Shown piece by piece: positions 9,890 to 19,016 of a stretch of 55,061 bases of DNA. Positions within the stretch are counted from its first letter, which is position 1; each line of letters opens with the position of its first letter. This DNA is from a virus. Lineage: Duplodnaviria; Caudoviricetes. The stretch lies in the IMG/VR virus record IMGVR_UViG_3300021420_000042, positions 1 through 55,061 of that record; one strand, written 5' to 3'. Under the pieces are notes generated by a model that ran no database searches, was not told the DNA's origin, and worked only from the letters and a program-made list of their open reading frames with translations. Position numbers and translations under genes: made by a program.

Positions 9890-11194
9890 ATGGCACCGCC
9901 CAACGGGAAGGCGAAGCAAGTTCTTTTGCATACGGAATCCGGCCGCTTCGGCTCGACCCTGACCGACGATGAGATCAGCAACGCAGTTGATGTACTCACT
10001 GCGCACGACGGCAACGCCTCCGCGGCGGCGCGCTCGATCGGCATGCCAGAGACATCATTCCAACGGCGCGTGAAGGCCGCGGCCGAGCGTGGCCTGCTTG
10101 GCACGATTCCGGTGCTACCTGGTTACTTTATCAAGAACACCTCGACCCAGCTTGGGCCTGACGGCGAACTGCAGCGCGAATGGATCAGGCAGGCCAAGGA
10201 GCCTGGCGAGACATTCGAGATGCCGGCCGGCCATATCATCAAGGGTATCTCGGCATTGGTCGGCGGCGACGGCCGCACCATGCAGCAATGGGTCAAGACC
10301 CGCAACGATCAGGACAACATAGACTGGGTCGAGGTTCTTAAAAACGCCTTCGCCGAATACAAGGGACGCGCCAAGCCGATCAAAGCGCCGCTGCGCGCCG
10401 ACAAAGATTTTCTCAATCTCATTCCGTGCAACGACTGGCACATCAACATGCTGACCTGGTGGCGCGAGGTCGGCGAAAGCTGGGACTTGAAGATTGCCGA
10501 GCGCGTCATTGGCGAAGCCATCGATGTCGTGATCGGCCGCACCAGGCCGGCCGGCACTGCCGTCGTGCTGGGCGGCGGCGATCTGATGCACAACGATGAC
10601 AACACCAATCGCACCGCCAAGTCGCACAACTTGCTCGACGCCGATGGGCGCCACGAAAAGGGTGTCGAGGTGGCGCAGCGCCTGATGGTCCGCACCATCG
10701 AAGCGGCACTGCGCCACAACAAAAAGGTGATCGTGCGAATCCTCAAGGGCAATCACGACGAATATTCGTCTGTTGCCATCGCGCACTTTCTCAAGGCGTG
10801 GTTTCACAACGAACCAAGGATCAAAGTCGATCTCGATGGCTCGCTGTTCTGGTGGTATCGGTTCGGGTCTGTGTTGCTTGGTGCCACGCACGGCCACACC
10901 GTCAAGATTTCCCAGATGCCTGGCATCATGGCGACGCGCCGTGCCGAGGACTGGGGCCAGACAAAATTCCGTTACGTGCATGGCTTCCACATTCACCACA
11001 AGGAAAAGATCGCCACCGAAGGCGAAGGCGTGATCTGCGAGACCCATCAAGCGCCGATCCCGCAGGACGGTTTTAATTTCGGGTCCGGTTATCTGGCCGG
11101 CCGTTCGGTGCAGACCATCACGTACCACAAGGACATCGGCGAGCATGGCCGCACGCGTGAGGCCATCATGGATGCAAGCGTGGTGGGCCGATGA
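9890..11194 (+). CDS. HTH + calcineurin-like metallophosphoesterase
   Basis: N-terminal GNASAAARSIGMPETSF HTH; DWH, GGGDLMH, GNHD, HGH, HIHH motifs; GGAG RBS before ATG 9890. Confidence 0.85.
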   Translation: MAPPNGKAKQVLLHTESGRFGSTLTDDEISNAVDVLTAHDGNASAAARSIGMPETSFQRRVKAAAERGLLGTIPVLPGYFIKNTSTQLGPDGELQREWIRQAKEPGETFEMPAGHIIKGISALVGGDGRTMQQWVKTRNDQDNIDWVEVLKNAFAEYKGRAKPIKAPLRADKDFLNLIPCNDWHINMLTWWREVGESWDLKIAERVIGEAIDVVIGRTRPAGTAVVLGGGDLMHNDDNTNRTAKSHNLLDADGRHEKGVEVAQRLMVRTIEAALRHNKKVIVRILKGNHDEYSSVAIAHFLKAWFHNEPRIKVDLDGSLFWWYRFGSVLLGATHGHTVKISQMPGIMATRRAEDWGQTKFRYVHGFHIHHKEKIATEGEGVICETHQAPIPQDGFNFGSGYLAGRSVQTITYHKDIGEHGRTREAIMDASVVGR

Positions 11195-11769
11195 GCAACG
11201 ACAACATCGATCGCAACTACGATTGGATTCAGACCTACAGCGGCCATCGCTTCTATCCGTTGGCGCCCGACTATCAGGATATCGAGATCATCGATATCGC
11301 CGCCGCCTTATCCAAGCTGTGTCGCTATGGCGGCCACTGCCTGCGGTTTTATTCGGTGGCCGAGCATTGCGTGTTGATGGCGCGCAAGGCGCCGGCCCAT
11401 CTGCGCCTGGCCATGCTGTTGCACGACGCCAGCGAGGGCCTGGGCCTGGTCGATATCCCGCGGCCGGTCAAGCACGCCATGCCGGAATATCTGGCGATCG
11501 AGCGCCGGCTGACTGCGGCCGTGGCGCACCGGTTCGGCCTGCCAAACCCGTTGCCGCCAGAGGTCCATCAATACGATGAGCGGATCATCGTTGATGAGCG
11601 GGCGCAAAACATGCGCGACACCGATCACTATTGGCACCACGCCCCTCCCCGCGTCCAGCCGCTTGGCGTGCGTCTGCAGTTCTGGACGCCGCAGCAAGCC
11701 AAGATCGAGTTCTTGTCGGACTGCGCCGCCGCGATTGCCGGCGAACTGATCTATGAGGCCGCAGCATGA
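11191..11769 (+). CDS. HD-domain phosphohydrolase (YfbR-like 5'-deoxynucleotidase)
   Basis: WIQTYSG..DIA.ALS.LCRYGGH..FYSVAEHC..LLHDASE..DIPRPVK. Confidence 0.88.
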   Translation: MSNDNIDRNYDWIQTYSGHRFYPLAPDYQDIEIIDIAAALSKLCRYGGHCLRFYSVAEHCVLMARKAPAHLRLAMLLHDASEGLGLVDIPRPVKHAMPEYLAIERRLTAAVAHRFGLPNPLPPEVHQYDERIIVDERAQNMRDTDHYWHHAPPRVQPLGVRLQFWTPQQAKIEFLSDCAAAIAGELIYEAAA

Positions 11770-12185
11770 AGCTTTATCTCGCCGGCCCGCTTATGACGAC
11801 TGCGGAACGCATGTTCAACGCCGAACTGGCGCGGCTGTTGCGGCTCATGGGATACGAGGTGTTCCTGCCGCAGGAATCCGAACAGCAAAACACCGAGTCC
11901 AACGCGATCTTTCTGTCAGATGTCGCCGGCATCGATTGGTGCGACGTGATCGTGGCCAACATGGACGGTCCTGATCCTGACAGCGGGACCTGTTGGGAAT
12001 GCGGTTACGGGTTTCGCAAAAAATCTGTGGTGGTGTATCGCACCGACATCCGCAGCGAAGGTCAGCCGTTCGGCCCGTACAATTTGATGCTGCACCAGGC
12101 CGCTACCATGGTGCTGGATTTGCGCTGGCTTTCGGTCAACAGGATCGCCGTCGATATCGATCATGCACTGCGCACCTTGCCATGA
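11766..12185 (+). CDS. Nucleoside 2-deoxyribosyltransferase family protein
   Basis: YLAGP..FLPQE..IF.SD..GID.CD..D.GT.WECGY..YNLML. Confidence 0.9.
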   Translation: MKLYLAGPLMTTAERMFNAELARLLRLMGYEVFLPQESEQQNTESNAIFLSDVAGIDWCDVIVANMDGPDPDSGTCWECGYGFRKKSVVVYRTDIRSEGQPFGPYNLMLHQAATMVLDLRWLSVNRIAVDIDHALRTLP

Positions 12186-13285
12186 TCACAGCCACACTTG
12201 GCGTGGCCGGTGCGCTGGTCGCAGTCAATCTCGCCTCGATTGCCATTGCGTGGCGGCGCATCAAGCCGCCGCGCGATAAGCTCACTACCAGGCTGGCGAA
12301 GATCACACTGATCCGGCCGGCGTGCGGCTGGACCGAAGATTACGAGATCAGGACACTGGCGTCGAGTTTCAAGCTCGACTACAGCAACCTGGAAATCATT
12401 TTTTGCGTTGCCGACGCTGCCGATCCTATCGTGCCGGCCATCCGTGCCTTGATCGCGGATCATCCGCTGCACAATGCCACGTTGCTGATCGGCGACGACA
12501 AGTTCTGCGCCAATCCCAAGCTCAACAACATGGACAAGGGCTGGACCGCCGCCACTGGCGATTGGGTCATCATCGCGGATTCCAACGTGTTGCTGCCGAC
12601 CGATGCGGTGTCGCAAATGATCCTGCCGATCCTGCCGCCCGGTGTCGGCCTGGTTTGTTCGCCGCCGCTTGGCGCCAAGCCGGATGGCTTCGCCGCCGAA
12701 CTGGAATGCGCGTTTCTCAATACATATCAGGCGCGCTGGCAGTTTGTGGTTGATCAATTCGGCTTTGGCTTCGCCATGGGCAAGGTGCTGGCGTTCGATC
12801 GCGACCTGTGGAACGCATGGGGCGGCATCCGCGTGCTGGCCAGCGAGATCGCCGAAGATGCCGCGGCCACCAAGGTGGTGCGAGCGCACGGCCGATCGGT
12901 GCGCCTGGTCGGCGCGCCGCTGCCTCAGTTATTGGGCAAACGGACGTTGCGCGCCGTGTTTGACCGACAAACGAGGTGGGCGAGGCTGCGCCGTGCCACG
13001 TTCCCGGCGACCTTTGCCATCGAATTGTTCTCGACCGTCGCGGTGCCGCTGGTCCTGTTGGCGAGCGGCGGCGGCCTTGCCACGCCGCTGATCATGACCA
13101 TGGCCACGTCGATCTGGTACGGCGCGGAGATGGCGCTGGCCAAGGCCAAGGGCTGGCACGTTTCATGGCGCTCGCCGTTTGCGTGCGCGTTGCGCGACGC
13201 GCTGATCCTTTGGATTTATGTCGATGCCTGGCTGCGCGATGATTTTGTCTGGCGCGGCAACAAGATGAGCGTTGGAACAGTTTGA
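12182..13285 (+). CDS. Ceramide glucosyltransferase / HpnI-like glycosyltransferase (GT21)
   Basis: N-terminal TM, LIRPACG, NPKLNN, IADSN, IAED, RQTRWARLRR, C-terminal TMs and FVWRG; ATGA overlap start at 12182. Confidence 0.9.
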   Translation: MITATLGVAGALVAVNLASIAIAWRRIKPPRDKLTTRLAKITLIRPACGWTEDYEIRTLASSFKLDYSNLEIIFCVADAADPIVPAIRALIADHPLHNATLLIGDDKFCANPKLNNMDKGWTAATGDWVIIADSNVLLPTDAVSQMILPILPPGVGLVCSPPLGAKPDGFAAELECAFLNTYQARWQFVVDQFGFGFAMGKVLAFDRDLWNAWGGIRVLASEIAEDAAATKVVRAHGRSVRLVGAPLPQLLGKRTLRAVFDRQTRWARLRRATFPATFAIELFSTVAVPLVLLASGGGLATPLIMTMATSIWYGAEMALAKAKGWHVSWRSPFACALRDALILWIYVDAWLRDDFVWRGNKMSVGTV

Positions 13286-13863
13286 TGCCAAACCACCATC
13301 GCGCCCTGTTCATGTCAGACTTGCATATGGGCGGCCGGCATTTTGATCTCGATCGTCTGGCGCATTTTTTCAAGAACAGGACCGCTGATCGGCTTTATCT
13401 GGTCGGCGATATCCTTGAAGGCATGTCGCGCGTTGCTGGCCGCGCCATTGAGGTGTTGGAAAGCGTCGCGCCCAGTGTCAGCTATATTTACGGCAACCAC
13501 GACTTTCTCCGCGCCATCAACGGCTGGACCTCGGTCGATCATGTGTTTCACGATACGGCGGATGGCAAGCGCCTGTTGGTCACTCATGGTGACAAGTTCG
13601 ATCCGCTCATGAACGGATGGCGCGTCATCTTTCATGCGCTGCCAGCGGCCGTGTTATCGCGGTTCGTGCATCAGCAATTTGTCGTGGCCGCCAAGGAGAC
13701 GGCGATTAGCCAGGGTTGTTCTGGCGTGATCTGCGGCCACTTGCATCACCCTGAGATTCATCACGAGGGCGGGTTTCTCTACATCAACACCGGCGACTTT
13801 GTCGCGAACTGCACCGCCATCGCGGAGGATGGCGACGGCCACTTCACGTTGCTTTACGGTTGA
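13285..13863 (+). CDS. PlcP/LpxH-like metallophosphoesterase (UDP-2,3-diacylglucosamine hydrolase family)
   Basis: SDLHMG, LYLVGDI, GNHD, HGDKFD, ICGHLH, YINTGDFVANCTAIAEDGDGHF; TGATG overlap. Confidence 0.85.
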   Translation: MPNHHRALFMSDLHMGGRHFDLDRLAHFFKNRTADRLYLVGDILEGMSRVAGRAIEVLESVAPSVSYIYGNHDFLRAINGWTSVDHVFHDTADGKRLLVTHGDKFDPLMNGWRVIFHALPAAVLSRFVHQQFVVAAKETAISQGCSGVICGHLHHPEIHHEGGFLYINTGDFVANCTAIAEDGDGHFTLLYG

Positions 13864-14054
13864 TCGGCGGTTAACTTTCAAATTTGATGCCGGTCATGGC
13901 CCACATACTACCGCCTGTAGATTGTCTCATGAGGCGATCTCTCGCCCTGCGGCCCGGTGGTCGAGGACGCCGACAGTTTGCGCAGTTGTCACAGCCAATT
14001 GGCTTTTGGTATCGACGCTTTCGGCGTTTCAATTTCATGGCGACATACGTCCTG

Positions 14055-14261
14055 TCAGCGCTTACTTCCAGGCACTGTCTCCCGAAATACGCTATCTACA
14101 TTGGGCCAGTGGCCGACGATGCACTCAACAAAGCGTTCCGCGTGCTGGCGATGACCATGGAGAATCAAGGTATCTGACGCCTTCATGCGCGTGCAGTTGC
14201 GGCCCGCATATGCCGGTGCGATAAATAGTAATGTCAGCACGATGATAGACATTTTGGTCAT
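14055..14261 (-). CDS. Small hypothetical protein with signal peptide
   Basis: MTKMSIIVLTLLFIAPAYA; overlaps the stop of the upstream gene. Confidence 0.45.
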   Translation of the reverse strand: MTKMSIIVLTLLFIAPAYAGRNCTRMKASDTLILHGHRQHAERFVECIVGHWPNVDSVFRETVPGSKR

Positions 14262-14458
14262 TGTTCGTTGAACCTGATCATCACGGCAGGGATGGTTGGG
14301 CATTTGTCATCGATCACATCTCGAATATGAAACGACGTGATCAGGATGCCGTTATCTTCGTTGCGTGGATAGATGGCGGCGACAAACTTGCCGTGATTAT
14401 CCAGCACCTCAACGATGCGCCGGCCTGTCTGTCGATGAAACGCCGTTCTGACGATCAT
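14258..14458 (-). CDS. Hypothetical protein
   Basis: ATGA-coupled ORF MIVRTAFHRQ... Confidence 0.55.
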   Translation of the reverse strand: MIVRTAFHRQTGRRIVEVLDNHGKFVAAIYPRNEDNGILITSFHIRDVIDDKCPTIPAVMIRFNEQ

Positions 14459-15138
14459 TCGACGCGCCCGTTTTCGCCGATCTCTCTGGCCACGATCGCC
14501 TCGATCTGATCTGCCGGCACGCCCTTGGCGACCAACTTGGTGCGAAGCTCGGTTTCGGTCGGCTTGCGATGCGGCTCTGGATATTTGGCCGGATCGATCT
14601 CGCTGCACCAGCCCGCGAACGCCGCCTCATCGAATTTGTCCCCGGCGTAGTGCGCCGCGATTTCTCTGATCCGCTCGATCGGCACCGGTTCGCTGCCGAC
14701 ATGGTCATCATCGTGCCATTCCATATTGGTGATGCCGTGGCGCAGGATGCCGGCCGTGCGATCGGAGTCGAGCAGGAAGCCATAGGCCAGGTTGCTGGCG
14801 CGCAATTCGCGCCGCAGCGTTACGGTGCGGTGATAGTGCGCGTCGTAATATCGCGCTTCGCTGTCCTCGATCATCGGTGCGGGCGGCGCGTCCAGCATGA
14901 CGTTGGTCTGTGTTGCGACGCCGATCAGCGCCTTATAGGTGCTGGCCGCGATGGGCCGCTGTTTGGCGCGCTCGATATATTTTTGAATGTGGTTCTTTGG
15001 AATACGGCCTGCGGCAAGTTTTTGCCGCAGGCTCAATTCCTGTGTCGCGCTCAGCGCGACGTATTCCACTTTGACCCGAACATGTCTCGATTCCAATACG
15101 AGACCGGCGATGCGCGCTTTCAATTTCCATGACCTCAT
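14455..15138 (-). CDS. Hypothetical protein
   Basis: 227-aa ORF with GAGGTGAGG RBS. Confidence 0.65.
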   Translation of the reverse strand: MRSWKLKARIAGLVLESRHVRVKVEYVALSATQELSLRQKLAAGRIPKNHIQKYIERAKQRPIAASTYKALIGVATQTNVMLDAPPAPMIEDSEARYYDAHYHRTVTLRRELRASNLAYGFLLDSDRTAGILRHGITNMEWHDDDHVGSEPVPIERIREIAAHYAGDKFDEAAFAGWCSEIDPAKYPEPHRKPTETELRTKLVAKGVPADQIEAIVAREIGENGRVE

Positions 15139-15156
15139 GACCTCACCTCGCGTGTT

Positions 15157-15438
15157 TCAGTAGGCGACCCACTCTGCGCCTGTTGCCAGGTCGCGGCGCC
15201 GGCCTGAATTCAAGTGTCTGTGCCAGCCTATCGGGTCTCCGGTGCCGTCCCATTGGTCGAGCGCTGTCTTTGCCAACGCCAAGGTGGCGAAGCAATATTT
15301 ATCGTCGTATCCAAACTCGTTGATATCGACGTGCATGGTCCAGTGGTACATAAGCCGCCTGATGCCACAGATTCTGCCGTTCGGCATGGTTCTGTACGCT
15401 GCATATTCGCTCTCTAAGATTTCTTGCAGCGTGATCAT
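15157..15438 (-). CDS. Hypothetical phage protein
   Basis: 93-aa ORF (YC+..L..A..AL..WDG.GDP.GWHRH pattern); ATGA-coupled. Confidence 0.7.
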   Translation of the reverse strand: MITLQEILESEYAAYRTMPNGRICGIRRLMYHWTMHVDINEFGYDDKYCFATLALAKTALDQWDGTGDPIGWHRHLNSGRRRDLATGAEWVAY

Positions 15439-15764
15439 GGTTCGATCACCTCGGTCTCGATGCGCCGCGTGAACTGCACCAGCTTGATCGTAGTGCCGGT
15501 CAATGCCGCCGTCTTGGCGATGGCCATGGCAATGGGTCGCAGGCTTGCCAGCCTGGCCCGGTCGGCGGCGATCAGCGGCATCATGGCGCCGCCGATCATG
15601 GCGGCACAGACGCCTTCGTTGCCGTCGCGCGGATCGAGCGACACGAATGCCCAGATCGATTCGATTTTGGGCATGGTATTTTTGGGCTGCAATAGCAACG
15701 TGGCTTCCAGCGTCATATCGGCCGGGTCCTGGATGCGGTCGTAGTCCGCTCTGGCATGCTTCAT
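15435..15764 (-). CDS. Hypothetical protein
   Basis: 109-aa ORF in leftward small-gene operon. Confidence 0.65.
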   Translation of the reverse strand: MKHARADYDRIQDPADMTLEATLLLQPKNTMPKIESIWAFVSLDPRDGNEGVCAAMIGGAMMPLIAADRARLASLRPIAMAIAKTAALTGTTIKLVQFTRRIETEVIEP

Positions 15765-15769
15765 GCGCT

Positions 15770-16030
15770 TTACCGCTGCGGTGGATATGATCCGCGCGGG
15801 CCGCCTGGCGGTGTGGCCTGCGCCGCGGCCGGCTGCACCTTGCCAGGCTCGACCACGATCAGTTGGCCCTCGTCAAATATGCGGGCATCGATGATTTTGC
15901 CGTCTTTGTCGAGCGTGTCAGGCTCGATAGAAATTCGCACACAGCCGTTCAAATAGACGTGGTGTCCTGTCGCGATGCCGGTGAAGCCGGATACTCGGTC
16001 TTGAACTTTATCACCTAGATTGACGCTCAT
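15770..16030 (-). CDS. Hypothetical phage protein (SH3-like)
   Basis: LGDKVQDRVSGFTGIATG..YLNGC..PGGP pattern common in phages; GGAG RBS. Confidence 0.75.
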   Translation of the reverse strand: MSVNLGDKVQDRVSGFTGIATGHHVYLNGCVRISIEPDTLDKDGKIIDARIFDEGQLIVVEPGKVQPAAAQATPPGGPRGSYPPQR

Positions 16031-16053
16031 TGCAGACTCCGTTGGTTGACCAC

Positions 16054-16298
16054 TCACCCTTTGCCGTTGGTTGTCTTGCGCCGCCGAAATTTGCGGCTGG
16101 CGCGCAATTGCTTGCGTGCCATGCGTTCCAGATTGGCCTTGCGTTCCGCCATGGCGCGCTCGATCTCTTTTTCGTTGAGTTGGTGAGCCTGGATCGGCGG
16201 CGGGATGACGTAACCAAGGCCAGCCAGCACGCGAGCCACGGTCGAGTATTGCGGGCGCTTGGTGCGGCCGGTTTCCCAGTTGTGAAGCGGGCCAGCAT
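16054..16298 (-). pseudogene. Truncated or frameshifted XRE-type HTH gene
   Basis: LHNWETGRTKRPQYSTVARVLAGLGY is the second half of an XRE HTH; no in-frame start precedes it, the ATG at 16298 is out of frame and the frame is closed upstream by TAG 16305-16303. Confidence 0.5.
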
Positions 16299-16302
16299 GG
16301 CG

Positions 16303-16725
16303 CTACACCTTTTCGGTTGTTGCAGCCAAGGCTTTTTTGCCGGCAGGCGCCATGACGTATTTGCCGATGCCTACTCTTTTGAGCAGCCTGTCTTTGGCCA
16401 TGTATGACAGCATCTGACCGGCCGCGGTGGTTGATTGGCCTGTGCTTTTTGACAATGTCGCGCTGGTGACTGGGACTTTCAGATTGTTGATAAAGGTCAG
16501 GGCTTGCATGGTGCGCAGTTTGCCGTTGCCGCGTGACGCGACTGTGTCGTCTGCCACCATTGCGATCTCCGGCTCAATGCCCCTTCTTTTGAGTATGGCC
16601 ACGGCATCGCCCAGCTTGTCGGCCGGCGAATCGACGCTCACCGAGTAGTCGAGGCCGATGGCGCGCAGGTCGCGAATGGCTTGTGTTACTGAATGAGATG
16701 TGAAGCGTAATCGAAACATCGGCAT
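16303..16725 (-). CDS. Winged-HTH domain protein
   Basis: VTSATLSKSTGQSTTAAGQMLSYMAKDRLLKRVGIGKY; AGGAG RBS. Confidence 0.6.
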   Translation of the reverse strand: MPMFRLRFTSHSVTQAIRDLRAIGLDYSVSVDSPADKLGDAVAILKRRGIEPEIAMVADDTVASRGNGKLRTMQALTFINNLKVPVTSATLSKSTGQSTTAAGQMLSYMAKDRLLKRVGIGKYVMAPAGKKALAATTEKV

Positions 16726-16828
16726 GTCTGGTTATCTCCTTGGCACCGGTTTGGCGCAGTGGCGCCCACACCTGCAATGCCTCGTTTAGCAGTCTAGGGC
16801 CAAACGGGTGCCGGTTGCAAGATAATCC

Positions 16829-16861
16829 TTGACGGTTGTGTGCGTATCGGGCAAATATACG
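16829..16861 (+). promoter_or_regulatory. Promoter with operator-like motif (CGGGCAAATATACG, 16848-16861)
   Basis: TTGACG 16829-16834 followed by a degenerate copy of the 14-bp motif, upstream of the XRE gene. Confidence 0.55.
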
Positions 16862-16896
16862 TGTCCTTATACGTTCAACCACGAGGGGTAACCGGA

Positions 16897-17304
16897 ATGA
16901 TCGCGCAGAAGAAACCGAACGCCGTGGATGTCCATGTTGGTAACAAACTCAGGCAAGCTCGCTTGATGGGCAGCATGTCGCAAACCGATCTGGCCAACGG
17001 CGTAGGGCTTACGTTTCAGCAGATTCAGAAATACGAAAAAGGCACCAATCGTATCGGCGCGTCACGGCTGCAACAGTTTTGTCATATACTGAAAGTGCCG
17101 CCTGGATATTTTTTCGAGGGTTCGCCTGTGGCCACTCCCAAGAGCAATGACCCTGATGTGGCGATCACTGCGTTTTTGTCCACCAGTACCGGCTTGGCGA
17201 TCGTCCAGACCGCCATGAGGCTGGATGCAAAAGCGCAAAAGGCGGTTGCGGAATTTCTCAATCAGTGGGTTTTGTTCACGCGGCGTGCCGCGTTTAACGA
17301 ATGA
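16897..17304 (+). CDS. XRE-family transcriptional regulator (Hyphomicrobiales host-like)
   Basis: KKPNAVDVHVGNKLR..MSQTDLA..GLTFQQIQKYEKGTNRIGASRL. Confidence 0.9.
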   Translation: MIAQKKPNAVDVHVGNKLRQARLMGSMSQTDLANGVGLTFQQIQKYEKGTNRIGASRLQQFCHILKVPPGYFFEGSPVATPKSNDPDVAITAFLSTSTGLAIVQTAMRLDAKAQKAVAEFLNQWVLFTRRAAFNE

Positions 17305-17834
17305 ATGATCCAGCCATATTTGCCGCGCTATCGGACAATCGGTGTCCGGATTGCAACGGATCGAATTGGCGCCCCGGTCCGCGCGGCGGCCTGGCTCAGA
17401 ATATCGAATGCCGCAGTTGTCTGGCTCGCTTCAACGTCACGCGGTTTGACGGCACTCTGGTCTTTGCCGAACGTATAACAAAACACTCCGATGGCGGCCC
17501 GGCGTGGTCTGACCTGGCGATCAGGTCGGCCGCCAACATTACCGCCAAGGTGCTTGAACTGGCCAGCGCCATTGCCGATCGGACATCGGCCTCGCTGGCG
17601 GCGCAAGGCGCTCCGGTTACGCGTGACGTTTGCAAACACGTCGTGAGGGAACAGGCGAGCAATGTTCTGTTGATGTGGCTGTTGGGCGAAAAGCTAGACC
17701 TGCCGAGCTATGTCTTGGCCGATGACGGTTCCTCGATCACCTGTCTGGTCTGCGGCACGACCAGCTACAACGTTAACGATGTCGAGAAAAAATATTGCGG
17801 GCGCTGCCATCGGTTTCATGAGGCTGCCGCATGA
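17301..17834 (+). CDS. Double Zn-ribbon hypothetical protein
   Basis: CPDC..CRSC and CLVC..CGRCH motifs. Confidence 0.65.
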   Translation: MNDPAIFAALSDNRCPDCNGSNWRPGPRGGLAQNIECRSCLARFNVTRFDGTLVFAERITKHSDGGPAWSDLAIRSAANITAKVLELASAIADRTSASLAAQGAPVTRDVCKHVVREQASNVLLMWLLGEKLDLPSYVLADDGSSITCLVCGTTSYNVNDVEKKYCGRCHRFHEAAA

Positions 17835-18040
17835 GCGCGCCGCGCACTCTGGAACAACGCTGGCCGGCGCTGCCGTGGCGCGTGCCGCTTCATGTCACCT
17901 GGCCCGACGCTCAATTCTATGCCTGCCGGCTTTGCATCGGCCTGCACGGTCTGACACGAAATTCGCCGCACCAATGGGCGACTGAGATCGAAGCCCAACG
18001 CCATATCGATAGCGAGCATCCGCAGGGACCGATGCAGTGA
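17831..18040 (+). CDS. Hypothetical protein
   Basis: ATGA-coupled 69-aa ORF with CRLC..H...H. Confidence 0.55.
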   Translation: MSAPRTLEQRWPALPWRVPLHVTWPDAQFYACRLCIGLHGLTRNSPHQWATEIEAQRHIDSEHPQGPMQ

Positions 18041-18462
18041 CGTTACGCAATGGCAAGCCGCTGATTGTTGCGAAAGTGCCGTGCGGGTCCTGTCCTTATC
18101 GCAAGGACGTGCCGTCAGGTATCTGGGCGCGCAGCGAATACGACAAGCTGTCGCTGTACGATGGCCCGACTTGGGCGCAACACCACGCGCTTTTCCTGTG
18201 TCACCAGCGCGACGGTTGTTTATGTGCTGGCTGGTTGGCGTGCCACGATCCAGGTGAGTTGTTGGCGCTTCGCTTGCACAGCCGTACTGGATCAACGCGC
18301 ATTGACCCTGCGGTCTATGATTACAAAACAAACGTGCCAGTGTTTGCATCCGGTGCAGAGGCCCGCGCGCACGGCATCAAGGATATTCGCCGTCCTAAGC
18401 TCAAGGCCCGCAAAATGATTCTTGGCGTCTTGCATACCATCGGGAGGGCACGTCGCAGATGA
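18037..18462 (+). CDS. DUF6283-like Cys-rich protein
   Basis: PCGSCPYRKDVPSGIW..EY.KL..YDGPT..FLCHQ..CAGW. Confidence 0.65.
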   Translation: MTLRNGKPLIVAKVPCGSCPYRKDVPSGIWARSEYDKLSLYDGPTWAQHHALFLCHQRDGCLCAGWLACHDPGELLALRLHSRTGSTRIDPAVYDYKTNVPVFASGAEARAHGIKDIRRPKLKARKMILGVLHTIGRARRR

Positions 18463-18638
18463 AACGCACCGACCATTGCGCTCAGTGCCAGTTTTTTTGG
18501 GGCACCGTCTATGAGCCTGGACAAGATGCGCGCCCAAACTCGGAGCTTGAGTTGAGGTATGGCGAGTGCCGACGCTTTCCAGCTTGGGTCCAGCGGCGAC
18601 CGAAGGATTGTTGCGGTGAATTCACAATACGAGAGTGA

Positions 18639-18866
18639 TCACCAGTCCTGATCTGGCGCCAACTCGCGGACGGTCCAGCGGCCGTCTCGGCCAACGGTAA
18701 CCCATGCATAAGCAACGCCGTCCTTGCTGATTTTCTCGACAATGGCCTTTGGCATTGTGCTGCGCAGCGAACGTGTTTGTATGATGCGTGCGCGGTCGCG
18801 CATCACATAATAATCTTCGTTCTTTGTGATCTTGATGACGACTCGCGGTTTGGCTGGGACGTTCAT
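18639..18866 (-). CDS. Hypothetical protein
   Basis: 75-aa ORF ending LAPDQDW. Confidence 0.5.
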   Translation of the reverse strand: MNVPAKPRVVIKITKNEDYYVMRDRARIIQTRSLRSTMPKAIVEKISKDGVAYAWVTVGRDGRWTVRELAPDQDW

Positions 18867-19016
18867 GATTGTGGATTCCAAAGGTAAGACAACCGGTTGC
18901 CGTGGAGCAACCGGCGTCTCCCGTATGACTTGTTCATGCTTTGATAAGGTCTGACTGATCCACCATGATCAGTCGTGGTCACATGGCACGTCTCCCTGGT
19001 CGTTGATAGGAAACCG

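Noticed and set aside
11191-11769. Z-genome (datZ/purZ) system
   Set aside because: No PurZ or phage DNA polymerase in the window; the HD protein looks like the common YfbR-like phage type
16303-16305. Genome-wide amber recoding
   Set aside because: Long genes are uninterrupted under the standard code and no suppressor tRNA is seen
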